The notes beneath the pieces are model-generated. The model saw only the letters and a program-made list of their open reading frames with translations, was not told where the DNA came from and did no database searches. A stretch of DNA of 64,000 bases from Eledone cirrhosa. Its lineage: Eukaryota. The translations under genes and the position numbers were made by a program. Location of the stretch: the NCBI GenBank assembly GCA_964016885.1, contig OZ024741.1, positions 143,282,001 through 143,346,000 on the forward strand, read 5' to 3'. Every line of letters starts with the position of its first letter. The first letter of the stretch is position 1. This document shows, piece after piece, positions 50,390-62,969 of this stretch.

Positions 50390-51370
50390 CAGATTTATTT
50401 TCAATCATTATCAGAGTCCTCATTAATGCTTTCTTCGTCATCAGAGGTGCCACTCGAACCCATATCTTTATCTGAATCATCTCTATTTTTATTGTCAGCA
50501 TCTTCCATATACTTGATGTGTTCCCATAATTTTTCTAGATTCCTATTTGCTTTATCGATGCACCTTGAACAGTATTTGCTTCCAGATGATTAAAAGCACC
50601 TTTTAAACATTGAAGATCATCTTTGAATGTAGTCTTGGTGGTGTACTGCCTACCAACCTCTCCTTTCACAACAGCCCAGACAGTCTCAATTGAATGTAAA
50701 TCAGAATAATGAGGTGTTGAAAATATTACTTCATGACTTCCATTCTTGCAATAACAGGAATTACATTGGCCTGGATATACTGATGCAGTTTGTCTTATAT
50801 CTTAGCCTTTTACACATGCTACTTATAATGTTGCTTACTTGTTGTTCTTTCTCAGTGTATTTTTGGGTAGCTTTTTGTGGTACTTGACATTGTCCATCAC
50901 AATAAGAGAATTGGATATATTTCTTTTTCAAAGACCACAATAGCTGTCTCATCCATTTGACAAAGTATTCATGATCAAACGTTCCATGGTAATCCCTCAT
51001 ATGTTTCTTTCCCTTTCAAATATATAAAACATATCCATCAGTAATTCAGCCTGTTCATCCAATTGTTGATCTTCTGGAATATTATAATCAGCATCCATAA
51101 TGGCATACAATAGTTGTAAGGTCTTGCTTATCATTTGTGTCATACAATAAGTCCTTGTGCCAACAATAATTCATGTGGATGTAACTTTCATCCATATAAT
51201 CAATTCACAGACTTTTCTCTTCATTTACATTCGTCATTCACTGGAACTTCATGTGAAGGACTCTCACTCGGCAAGTGCTCTTTGGCCCAGCAGCAGTGAT
51301 CTGACTGTCATCCAAATACTGTTGGTGTTGGAGGAAGAAGAACCAACGAGGCAAGGAATTGAATAAAACT
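50390..51370 (-). mobile_element. Degenerate IS630-Tc1-mariner transposase
   Basis: Minus strand YMDESYIH, DYHGTFDHEYFVKW, IVMDNVKYH and PHYSDLHSIETVWAVVKGEV; many frameshifts. Confidence 0.82.
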
Positions 51371-51379
51371 GTAATGAAA

Positions 51380-53290
51380 AGTGATCCCTCTAAGAAAGGC
51401 TATAGGAAATGAATGCATAAAATCTGAAACAATATTGTTCTATTTACATTAAGTGAACAAAAACTAGTGGGTCAGGCTTGTGTAATAAGAACTAATGGAT
51501 AAGATAGTTGAAATTGGAGTAACTGAATAGAGAGATTGAGGAGAAAATGTAAAGTGGAGCAGATCAAACAAATGAGCCTGTAAAAAGTAGAGCGAATCAG
51601 GCAAATGAGCCAGTAGAAATGAGGGTGAAGTGGGTGGGAGACCTGAGGAAGTAACTGACAAAGACAATGATCTAATGGTTGAGATAAATAAAATCTGGAG
51701 TAAAGATTTGGCCATTGAGAAAATGAACGCTGATGGGCTAGGGCAAGATTTTGTTGATATTCTGAATTTAATGGTAGATGAAATGAATAATGATAGTGGA
51801 AAACCTATGAATTAATATTTGTAGACAGAAAAAAGTTAAAAGAAATAACAGTTAAACAGGGTCATCCCATACCTTGAGACGAGAAATCTTTATCAATGAA
51901 ACAACATCCTCAAAGCAGCCGCAAATGTGGTGAAAAAATTGCTTGATATAAAGACAGGAAAACAGACAAGAGAGGACAGAACCTTGGTGGAAGAAGCAAT
52001 TGAATGGCCAAATCAGGGAAATAAGAAAGGAGATCAGGAAACTTGAGTCTTTATTAAACAGGACATTACAAACATAGATACTAGGGATAGATTGACAAGG
52101 AAATACAACACAAAAGGAAAAGGGATAAATATTACAATAGAGAAACTAAAGCAACGTGTCATAGCCAAAAGTACAAAAATTAAAACATATGAGAGTAGAG
52201 TTAACCAATATAGACAAAATCGCATTTTTGACAACAACCATAAGATGTTATTTGAACAGCTTGAAGGGAAAGAAAGAGGCAATGATGCTATTCCTGAGGC
52301 TGAATGGACCAACACATTTTGGAGAGGGAAATGGGAGCGGAATGTTGAGTATAATAGTCGAGCAGAGTGGATCGAGACTGTTCAAAAGGAGGTTAATGAA
52401 CAAGCACACCAACAACCTGATATGAGTGTCTTGTTTGAAACCCTTAATACGCAGGCCAATAAATTAACCAACTGGTGTGCAAGGATATTGGACTAAAAAT
52501 ATAACATCTGTCCACCTGATACTGATGGCCATGTTCAATGACTGTTAATAATGATATGCAAATTGCTAACAAGCATTATGTCTGAGGAAATCTACCACAT
52601 CCACAACATAAACAACTTATTGCAGGGGCAACAGAAAGAATGCTGAAAGAAGTTGTGTGGTTCAAATGAACAGTTACTTATTGACAAGATGATAAGGAAC
52701 TTGCCATGGGAAAGACAGACTACAAGAAGATATTCAACATGGTTCCTCATTCTTGAATAACCAAGTGCCTAGAAATCTGCAAGGTGGCGGTAACGTCAGA
52801 TAGCTATTAAGTAATAAATAGCATGAAGAACTGGAAGGATCCTTGGGAGGGGTGAAGATCAAGAGAGGTATCTCTCAAGGAGATAGTCTGTCTCTTATTG
52901 TTTGTCCTGACCCTCATAGCTTTGCTCCTCATATTGTGAAGAGTGAAGGCTGGATACGAACTGGGAAAAGGAGAACTTACCATCAACCAGCCCCTCTTAA
53001 TGGATGACGTAAAACTCTTCGAGAATAACGCAAAGGAGTTAGATGTAATTGTGAACAGTGTTCGTATTTTCAACAATGATATTTGTATGGAATTTTGTAT
53101 TAATAAGTGTGGAGTCCTAATGATGAGGAGGGGCAAATTAAAGAGAAGCAAAGGAATCGCGATACAAATGGGTGAGGTGATAAAGAACATCAACACGGAA
53201 GGATATAGGTATTTGGGTGTTTTGGAAGCAGATAACAGCAAGGATGAAGGAGATGATAAGATCGGAATACATAAGAAGAGTAAAAAAAAT
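51380..53290 (+). mobile_element. Degenerate R4/Dong-type element (N-terminal and RT region)
   Basis: IEKLKQRVIAKSTKIKTYESRVNQYRQNRIF, IKRGISQGDSLS, LLMDDVKLF, MEFCINKC and YRYLGVLEAD. Confidence 0.85.
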
Positions 53291-55293
53291 ACTAAAATCA
53301 CATGCATACATGTATGAATGAATGAACAAAATAAAAAATTCCATGTTCATGTTCTGAAATACAAACATTATATGGTAGAGGGTCGGACACCATGCTTTGC
53401 AGCAAAGAGTTACGGCCCTTGCCATTCTGAGTTCAAATCCCGCCGAGGTTAACTTTGCCTTTCATCCTTACAGGGTCGATAAAATAAAGTACCTGTAATG
53501 TACTGGGATAATTGCTGGCCTTGTGTCAAAAAGTAGAAACAATTATAATATTTCAAAATAAAATTATACTGTTAAGATGTTTCAAAATAAAATTACAAAA
53601 CCTATTAATAGAAGAGGTAAGATGAGTGAAAATATGTTGAGTGTAAACCTATTTCTCCTGAGAAATGTGAATAAAACAGAACTAGCTAATTCAATCCTAT
53701 CATCCAAAGTTTCTTTTTTGACTGCACCCATTACCCATCATTAATGGCTTCACACAATTTGATGATTCACTACTCTGTGTGTACAGATATTTTGTTTGTT
53801 ACCAAATCTGTGGAAATTTACTGTACAAAAAATAAAAAGAAGGAAAGGTGACAATCATCAGATTGGATTGAGGAATCAATGTTTCCATTAGTTTCTCCAT
53901 TGTTGGTACTATCTGCTGGTCACAATTCCTAGCAGAAGGAGTAGCATGAAATAAAATCTTTTGCTCAAGAACACAACACACCATTCGGTCTAGGTATTGA
54001 ACTCACAACCTTATAATTATCAGTTCAAAACCTCTAACCACATGCCATCACATAATAAGCTATAACAAAAGTCTATAATATGAAATATTAGAATATGTGT
54101 TTAAAATACCATAGTATTTAAAACATTAACTGAATGAGCACTCAATACTGGTAGGTAGAATGTATAAATTTATTTTCTAGGTAGAAAGGTGGCAGTGACT
54201 TCAAAGTTTCAGCTTAGTCACTTCATCTAGCTGCACCCTGTGGAGGCTATAATTGTCTTATATAAGTTTATGGCACCCAATCATAAACAAATAGATACTC
54301 TAACCAAATTGTACTAGGTGCATTTTATCATGGCACCAGCACTAGAGAGGTTATGTCCTCAATTAGATGAAGGCGTCCTCTCAACTGTATACTGTTTCTG
54401 TTCAATCACCAGCCAGGCTGTAAGAGTATTTACAGTAATATTTTATTGAGAAAATGAGATCAAAGATGAGGTACTTATGCATTTGTCTCCAAAGAAACTC
54501 TTGCAGATATGTAAGCAAAAAAATCACTCTAACCCTTTTGATACCAACCCACCCAAACCTTCCACAATTCGATTATGACAATCCTCTTGTTTTAAATTAT
54601 TCATATTTAAATAAAAAATGTTATCAAAGAATATATTTATTAAGATATGTACTAGACACCAGCTTAATAATGTGATTTATTATTTTACTAAATCCCTCTA
54701 ATTATTGATTGTTTACAAAATTAATTGAAAAACAAGTGGTGTATTTTGATAGAAATATGATAATGAAAAGGTTAAGTTTTTTGCAACACTTTGACTTGGC
54801 AATTGGCCATATTCCCTAAAAGTTTTCACTGGATTGAAAAAATAATGAAACCAAAGAAACCAGAGGTAAAATAATTGTTTCTACTTTTGGCACCAGGCCA
54901 GCAATTATCCCAGTGCATTACTGGTACTTTATTTTATCGACTCCGTAAGGATGAAAGGCAAAGTTAACCTCGGCGGGATTTGAACTCAGATCATAAAGGG
55001 AGGTAACTCTATGCTTCAAAGCATGGTGTCCGACCCTCTACCAATACTGCCAAGAGGTAAAATAATGAATTTGAAACTTTAATTTCAATGAAAAATTGCA
55101 CAATCCAAAACTAATGTACAGCATATGAAACCCTAAGTACAAGTATCAAATATCTTCTTTAATTTACATAACTGTCTAAATTATCATGCTAATGGAAACT
55201 ACTTGATAGCTTGTTCTGTCCAATATTTCATCATGTTTTTATTGTCTAGTTACTAAGGATATCAAATTTACTATGCTATAAAAAATATTTGAA

Positions 55294-55368
55294 ACAAAAA
55301 AGATTAAGAGATATTTCTGGTTATACTAGAGTCTAGTATAACCAGAAATATCTCTTAATCTTTTTTGT
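55294..55368. repeat. Perfect palindrome, 37-bp arms and 1-nt centre
   Basis: acaaaaaagattaagagatatttctggttatactaga-g-tctagtataaccagaaatatctcttaatcttttttgt. Confidence 0.9.
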
Positions 55369-55996
55369 ATTTAGCTATTTCATAGTATCAGAAAAGTAGA
55401 AGTAACTTTGAAATATCAGCTTATTTACTTCACCTGGCTGTGTCCTGTGATAGGAAGGGCATTCAGCCATAGAAAACAAGGGACTCTTCAGTTGTGCCAA
55501 AGACATGACAACCTCCTCCAAGTGTTAGTACCCTGATGAAATGAACCTAGTACACTCTAAAAAGTGGTTAATGATAAGAAGAACATTTAACTGTTGAAAA
55601 TGATGATAAAAGATTAAAATGTATTTTGTTTGCATATTTTGTGATTTATGTTCACAAAACTACTCTGTTGCTATTAAAACATACACTAATAAACACACAT
55701 TTTAATGAATGCTGTTTATATATTCAGTTCAAAGGACAACAATTAGAAGAAAAAAATAGGAAAAAAAGAAAAACAACATGGACATTCTCAAAGTATTTGT
55801 TGATAGCATTGCAATCAATTCAGTGAGAAAATGACAAAAGAACTATAGAAATGCTTTGGTGGGAAAATTTATGAAAAATTTAAAACTTGTTCAAGTAAGA
55901 CGGCCATCTTGAAAGGTTGATTAGAAAGTGGAGTAGCTTCAAAGACAGACTGTAATGATTGCAATAACTTGTGACCTACTAATGCAAACAATTAAT

Positions 55997-56109
55997 TAAT
56001 CTAAAAGGAGAACAGGGAATGTAGTGAGAATTAGATGTATATGTGTTGCACCTATATGATTATGTGTATGTGTGTGTGGTGTATATACATATGTATGTGT
56101 ATGTATGTG

Positions 56110-56149
<40 letters not shown>

Positions 56150-56723
56150 TATGTGTATGTACACGTACATACATATATGTATACAGATGTACAGTAGTAT
56201 GTATATATATACATACATGCACACATATATATATGCACGTATCGGTATACCGAACATTTATTATAATGACCGGTTTGTTTGTTTGTAAACAAACAAACAG
56301 CCCGAATTACGCCGTACAGTGTTTAGGCAACCACGTCACCTTTTTGTTTACAAACAAACAAACCGGTCATTATAATAAATGTTCGGTAAACCGATACGTG
56401 CATATATATATATGTGTGCATGTATGTATATATATACATACTACTGTACGTCTGTATACATATATGTATGTACGTGTACATACATACATACTTACATTTA
56501 AGTAAGTGCTGTACTAAGAGTGAGAAATGAAATTTTGTTTCATTCTATTCCATTTATATATATATCATCATCATCATCATTTTACGTCCGCTTTTCCCTG
56601 CTTGCAAGGGTGGGACGAATATATATATTTATATATATATACACACACAAACATATAATCATAGAAGTGCAACACATATACATCTAATTCTCGCTATGAA
56701 CCCTGTTTTCCATTTAGATTAAT
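55997..56723. repeat. Nested inverted repeats: outer about 55997-56070 / 56650-56723; inner about 56150-56293 / 56342-56490
   Basis: gagaattagatgtatatgtgttgcac / gtgcaacacatatacatctaattctc; ccgaacatttattataatgaccggtttgtttg / caaacaaaccggtcattataataaatgttcgg. Confidence 0.8.
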
Positions 56724-57230
56724 CATGGCTGACTGAATACACGTTTTCTCAAAATTTATTTTTCTATTCTTTCCTCTTCTCATTCTCTATCTATTTATTA
56801 CATCTTTTATTTCTCCTTCTATTTTCTGATGAAAGACTCTTTTCCTACTATATCAAGCGTTAAACTAATATATTTCTTCATAGCACTGTGTCGTTTGCTC
56901 TGTTATGTATGTATATATATGTTTGTGTATATATCATCATCATCATTTCATTTTACGTCCACTTTTTCCCTGCTTGCAAGGGTGGGACAGGAACTGATTC
57001 TGGCTTGATTTCTACAACTGGATGCCCTTCCTAACACCAACCTCATTTACAGTGAGTGCTGGGTGCTTTTTTTGCCGTGGCACCTCCACGACCACTTTGC
57101 AGTGGAATGATATGGACCCCAGTCCCTATCATCTTATTTCTACAGCTGAGTAAACTGGAGCAATGTGAAATAAAGTGTCTTGCTCAAGGAAACAACACAT
57201 CAGCCGTGTATATATATATAAATGTATATG

Positions 57231-57261
<31 letters not shown>

Positions 57262-57267
57262 GTGTGT

Positions 57268-57957
57268 ATCATCATCATCATCATCATCAACGTTTAACGT
57301 CCGTGTTTCATGCTTGCATGGGTTTGGACGGGGGTAGTCCCACTTGAGGCAAGAGTGATTGTCTTGCTCGCATAGGACTGTCTGGCAGGTTTTCTACAGT
57401 TGGATGCCCTTCCTAACACCAACCACATTTACAGTGTGGGTCTGGGAGGTTTTTACCGTGTTGCCTACACGGCCACATTACAGCGTGGACTGTGTGTTTT
57501 TTTGTCGTGACACCTACACGATCTCATTTGTTTCGGCCTGGATGGCGCGGCACCAACATAACTTTACATAGAACGGGGTGGTGTGGATGGGGTGGGGGTG
57601 GTGGTGGTGGGATGGGGTGTATTTTGTTAGAGATGCCTACTGGCTGGAGTAGGTTTTACTATATATTTAGGTAAGGCGGGTCTTCTCTGTTACTGAGTAC
57701 CGCCAAAGGTCTCGGTCCAGTGACATTGTCTTGGAGAGGTGTAAGTGTGTGATGTCGGAGTTTATCAGCTCGTCCCAGGTTTTTCTAGGTCTGCCTATTC
57801 CGTGACTACCGTCTATCTTTATTGCCCTGCACTTTGTTATACAGCTATCAACTTTCATGCGCATCACGTGTCCATACCAACGTAGCCTTCTCTCGAGTAA
57901 ACAACATCTGATCCCTCTTATCTCTAATTTTTTCCTTAGTTCGTTTATGCTTTGCCG
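57268..57957 (-). mobile_element. 5'-truncated RTE LINE
   Basis: [12 protein letters not shown]...GRPRKTW; near-identical to 60370-61055. Confidence 0.9.
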
Positions 57958-58043
57958 TGTATATGTATGTATATATGTATATGTATATGTATATATGTAT
58001 ATGTACATATAATGTATATATATATATGTGTGTATATATATAT

Positions 58044-58111
<68 letters not shown>

Positions 58112-58305
58112 GTATATATATGTATATATATATATGTAAAGAATTAGTATATCTACCAACATATGTATACAGATGCATACCTATGCTAGCAAATATATAT
58201 GTTTTGTCTTAGTAACTTTGTGGTTCTATGCAAGGGGATGCAGAACAATTATATGAAACACGTAAATAATAAAATTATGAAAATCGACTTACTTACTAAA
58301 ATTTC

Positions 58306-58386
58306 ACTCCAACTAATTAGTTTCTGTAAGGGAATAAATATGGTTACGGAGCGTACCCACAGAGAAACCTTACGTCATCAGGGAGT
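58306..58386 (-). ncRNA. Hammerhead ribozyme with extended domain II (family I) within inverted repeat 58260-58350 / 58509-58600
   Basis: Minus strand ACTCC-CTGATGA-cGTAAGG...CCTTACa-GAAA-CTAATTAG-TT-GGAGT with palindromic ACTAATTAGT. The plus-strand arm carries only the 3' half. Confidence 0.8.
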
Positions 58387-58904
58387 CTATTCTCAGCTAA
58401 GCTTCCAGGCAATGCGAGGACACTGGGAACTTATATAAAAATAATTCAGTGGATGGAAAAAAGCGAGCGGGGACTAAATTTCAAGACATTGAAAAAATTC
58501 ACTGCCTACTCCGTAACCATATTTATTCCCTTACAGAAACTAATTAGTTGGAGTGAAATTTTAGTAAGTAAGTCGATTTTCATAATTTTATTATTTACGT
58601 CTTTCATATATATATATATGTATATATATATATGTATATATATATATGTATATATATATGTATATATATATATATGTATATATATATATGTATATACCCA
58701 GCACTCACTGTAAGTGAGGTTGGTGTTAGGAAGAGCATCCAGCTGTAGAAATCAAGCCAGAATCAGTTCCCGTCCCACCCTTGCAAGCAGGGAAAAGCGG
58801 ATGCAAAATGATGATGATGATATATGTATATATATATATGTGTATCTATATATATGTATATTTACATATATATATATGTATATATATATATGTATATCTG
58901 TATA

Positions 58905-59664
58905 TCTGTATATATATAAAGATGAAGTTTTCTGTATGTGTGTGTGTGGACAATTTTTAATGAGGGCTCATATATTCTAAACCATTCATGCGATTTCTTT
59001 GAAATTCTTTACAGAGCTTCTCCTTGCACAAAACCTGTACATGGTCTACAAAGTCTTTCAAAAATCGATATTGGGGCCTTTGGAGTCATTAAAAAAGTTT
59101 CGGTTATTTGTGTCAATTTTGGTGATTAAGTAAGACAAGAGTTATCTTTAAGTAAGACAAGAGTTATCTTTCGTAATTCGGCTCATTCGGATTTTAATTT
59201 ACTCTTTTTACTTGAAACAAAAGGTACGCTTCCTTGAGACTAACAATATCATTTTGTATATTTCACAACCAGCAATTTCTAACAGATTACTAAGTTAAGT
59301 TATAGATTTGACATTGTATAATTTATCGTTTCAAGCTTGATGTTCATACATTAAGTGATGTCATAACTTTTACAATATTATGCTTTTGTACATAATAGTG
59401 TCTATTATTCACTTCACTTCTCTATTTCATGATGCGTTTTTACTGTTGTCAAAAAAATCTATACCTAGACTGGATTTCTGTTGTTACATGGTATAACAGA
59501 TGACACCGAGCTCACATATTAATTATTTCGCTGGAATAGTGCCTAAGGTTTTCATGTTTACATAAAGTACGTTTTTCTTCTATGTATTCAAATTTACTTT
59601 GTTTAGTTTAATGAGCTACATCAAAAGCTACTTGAACCGTCCAAAGCACGGGTAGTTTAGCTAG
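58905..59664 (+). mobile_element. Non-autonomous Helitron
   Basis: A|TC..tatatataaag start, subterminal hairpin ccgtccaaagcacgg and CTAG|T end. Confidence 0.68.
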
Positions 59665-59704
59665 TATGTATATATATATATATGTATATGTATATGTATA
59701 TACA

Positions 59705-59990
59705 TGTCAGGTCACCAGTTGGTGCTACTGGTAACATGTATCCCAGTACAACCTGTCTCATGGTTGGGTCTTTGGTGACTAAACTGGCAACCCCACCAAG
59801 GTTTCTTGGTGAGGAGGGTGATTTTGGACATCCTGCAGGACTAAAAACAAAACCTGTCAAAGGGCAAAGGAGATTTTAAGATTTCAATGGCCATCCAAAA
59901 TCACCGGGAGAGATGACCCCTTAGCCTTTGTCAAGGCAGAATTCTAGGAAAAGGAAAACTCTGATATAACACCTGCAACCCAGGTGGTAT
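59705..59990 (+). mobile_element. Probable RTE LINE 5' UTR fragment
   Basis: ggcaaccccacc..ggactaaaaacaaaacctgtc..ggcaga..taggaaaaggaaaactctgat..aacc resembles RTE 5' leaders. Confidence 0.45.
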
Positions 59991-60369
59991 CCAATGATCT
60001 TGACTTGTTCTTCTTTTTGGTAAATATCATCTTGGTTAAGAGAGTGGGACTGGCTTTGTGCAGTGCCTTTGCTCACTATAAAAGCTTCACGGCACAGGCA
60101 TTGCTTTATATCTGGAGATCTCTCAGCAGTTGTCGTCACATGGTACCATGGGTCCAGCACTATGTGTCAATAATTATCACAGGTGTAGTTTTGTACCAGA
60201 GTTTTCAAGTCGCTGGTTGGACTAAAAAGTCTCACTTGTTCAGCGCATCGGTAGGGGTTCTCCTACATGGATATAAAGTAGTGGCCGTACTTGAAAACCA
60301 GTTGGCAGCCACCCTGTATATATATATGTATATATATATGTGTGTATATATATATGTATATATATATAT

Positions 60370-62680
60370 ATCATCATCATCATCAACGTTTAACGTCCGT
60401 GTTCCACGCTTGCATGGGTTTGGACGGGGGTAGTCCCACTTGAGGCAAGAGTGATTGTCTTGCTCGCATAGGACTGTCTGGCAGGTTTTCTACAGTTGGA
60501 TGCCCTTCCTAACACCAACCACATTTACAGTGTGGGTCTGGGAGGTTTTTACCGTGTTGCCTACACGGCCACATTACAGCGTGGACTGTGTGTTTTTTTG
60601 TCGTGACACCTACACGATCTCATTTGTTTCGGCCTGGATGGTGTGGCACCAACACAACTTTACATAGAACGGGGTGGCGTGGCTGGGTTGGGGGTGGTTT
60701 GACGGGGGGGGGGGGGGTATTTTGTTAGAGATGCCTACTGGCTGTAGTAGGTTTTACTATGTATTTAGGTAAGGCGGGTCTTCTCTGTTACTGAGTACCG
60801 CCAAAGGTCTCGGTCCAGTGACATTGTCTTGGAGAGGTGTATGTGTGTGAGGTCGGAGTTTATCAGCTCGTCCCAGGTTTTTCTAGGTCTGCCTATTCCG
60901 TGGCTACCGTCTATCTTTATTGCCCTGCACTTTGTTATACAGCTATCGACTTTCATGCGCATCACGTGTCCATACCAACGTAGCCTTCTCTCGAGTAAAC
61001 AACATCTGATCCCTCTTATTTCTAATTTTTTCATTAGTTCGTTTATGCTTTGCCGTTCACGTATATTACTGTTACACATCCAGCGGAGCATGCAAGCTTC
61101 GTTCCTCTCTAGTCTGCGTATATCCTCTGCACACAATGCCCAGGTCTCACTGCCATGCAACATTGCTGTTCGTATGCAGGCATCGTACAACCTGCCTTTC
61201 ATTTTTAGGGAGAACCCTTTAGCAGCTAATAGTGGTATAAGCTCTCTGAACTTTTTCCAACCAGTTCTGACTCTACCTACTGTACTTTCAGAGCACCCTC
61301 CCCCACTGCTGATTTTATCACCCAGGTAACGGAAACTGTCCACTATTTCTATAGAACCCTCTGCGCAATTGAAAGAGCTAGTATTTTGTGAGCACTTGCT
61401 GCTACTTATTGCACCAGAGCACCGGCCACATGTAAAATCTATGTTCTTAGTTAGCTTACCTGTGATCCCACTACATCTTTTATGCACCCATACTTTGCAT
61501 TTAGGACATAAAATGGAGTTTCTACCTACGCCTTTCCTACACACCGAGCACGACCATTTCCCAGAAGGGACCGCCGCCTTATTTTCTTTCCTACAAACTA
61601 GAACTTTAGTCTTAGCCAGGTTAATTTTAAGGCCTTTTGATTCTAGGCCGTGCGTCCATGTTTGGAATTTCTTCTCTAGCTCGGCCATTGATTCCGCTAT
61701 GAGTGTCAGGTCGTCTGCGTATAGGAGTTCCCATGGGCAGCCGGTCTTGAACTCCTCTGTTATAGCCTGAAGGGCAATAATAAATAGTAGGGGGCTGAGA
61801 ACAGAGCCCTGATGGACGCCAACTTTTACGTTAAACTCTTCACTATATTCGTTGTTAATTCTAACCTTGCTGACTGTTTCTTTATACATGGCTTGTATAG
61901 CTCTCACAAGCCATTCGTCAACGCCTAGTTTTCTAAGAGCCCACCAGATAATGGAGCGGGGGACTCTGTCGAAGGCTTTCTCCAAGTCGACAAAAGCTAA
62001 GTAGAGGGGTTTACCTTTAGCTAGGTACTTCTCCTGTAGTTGTCGTACAATGAAAAGAGCGTCTGTGGTACTTTTGCCTGACACAAACCCGAACTGCATT
62101 TCATCTAGGTCAATTCTCTATCTGATTAGTTGTGCTATTACTTTTTCCGTGACCTTCATGACCTGGTCGATTAATTTAATGCCTCTATAGTTACTCCTAT
62201 CTAGGGCGACTCCTTTACCCTTATAACAGTTAACGATGATGCTGCTATGCCAGTCCTTCAGAACAACCCCATTCTGTACGACTTGGTTAACTATGTGGGT
62301 GACCATGGTGTGTCCCACCGTGCCAGATGCCTTCAGCATCTCAGCAACTATTTCCGAAGGCCCAGCCGCCTTACCCGTCTTCATATCCTTGATTGCCTTA
62401 CTTATTATACTCCCCTCGACTAACACTGCTGGTCCCTCTATTGGGTCGATATGGGGGAGACTGTCTTTCTCCCATTTATTCTCCTCATTTAGTAGCCTTT
62501 CATATTGACACTTCCAAGCTACCTTCTTATCAGCGTCGGTGATGGCAAGTGTGCCATCGTCGTTTAGTACACACTTCTCCCCGACAATATCACGGTTTTC
62601 CTTGACGCATTGCCTAGCAATCCTGAACACCTCACGTTTTTGGTCATCGCGTTGTAGAACATGCTTGAACTTTCTTTCTT
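60370..62680 (-). mobile_element. Young 5'-truncated RTE LINE with nearly intact RT
   Basis: ORFs 62118-62717 and 60765-62099 are in frame and separated by a single TAG. All RT motifs are present (QFGF, DLEKAFD, QGSVLSP, YADD, RYLG). Confidence 0.95.
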
Positions 62681-62682
62681 TA

Positions 62683-62751
<69 letters not shown>

Positions 62752-62752
62752 G

Positions 62753-62789
<37 letters not shown>

Positions 62790-62818
62790 GTATATATATA
62801 TATGTGTGTATATATATG

Positions 62819-62911
<93 letters not shown>

Positions 62912-62916
62912 GTGCG

Positions 62917-62968
<52 letters not shown>
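62681..62968. repeat. (TA)n/(TATG) microsatellite
   Basis: Direct inspection; similar tracts at 8370-8545, 45370-45680 and 57958-58136. Confidence 0.95.
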
Positions 62969-62969
<1 letters not shown>

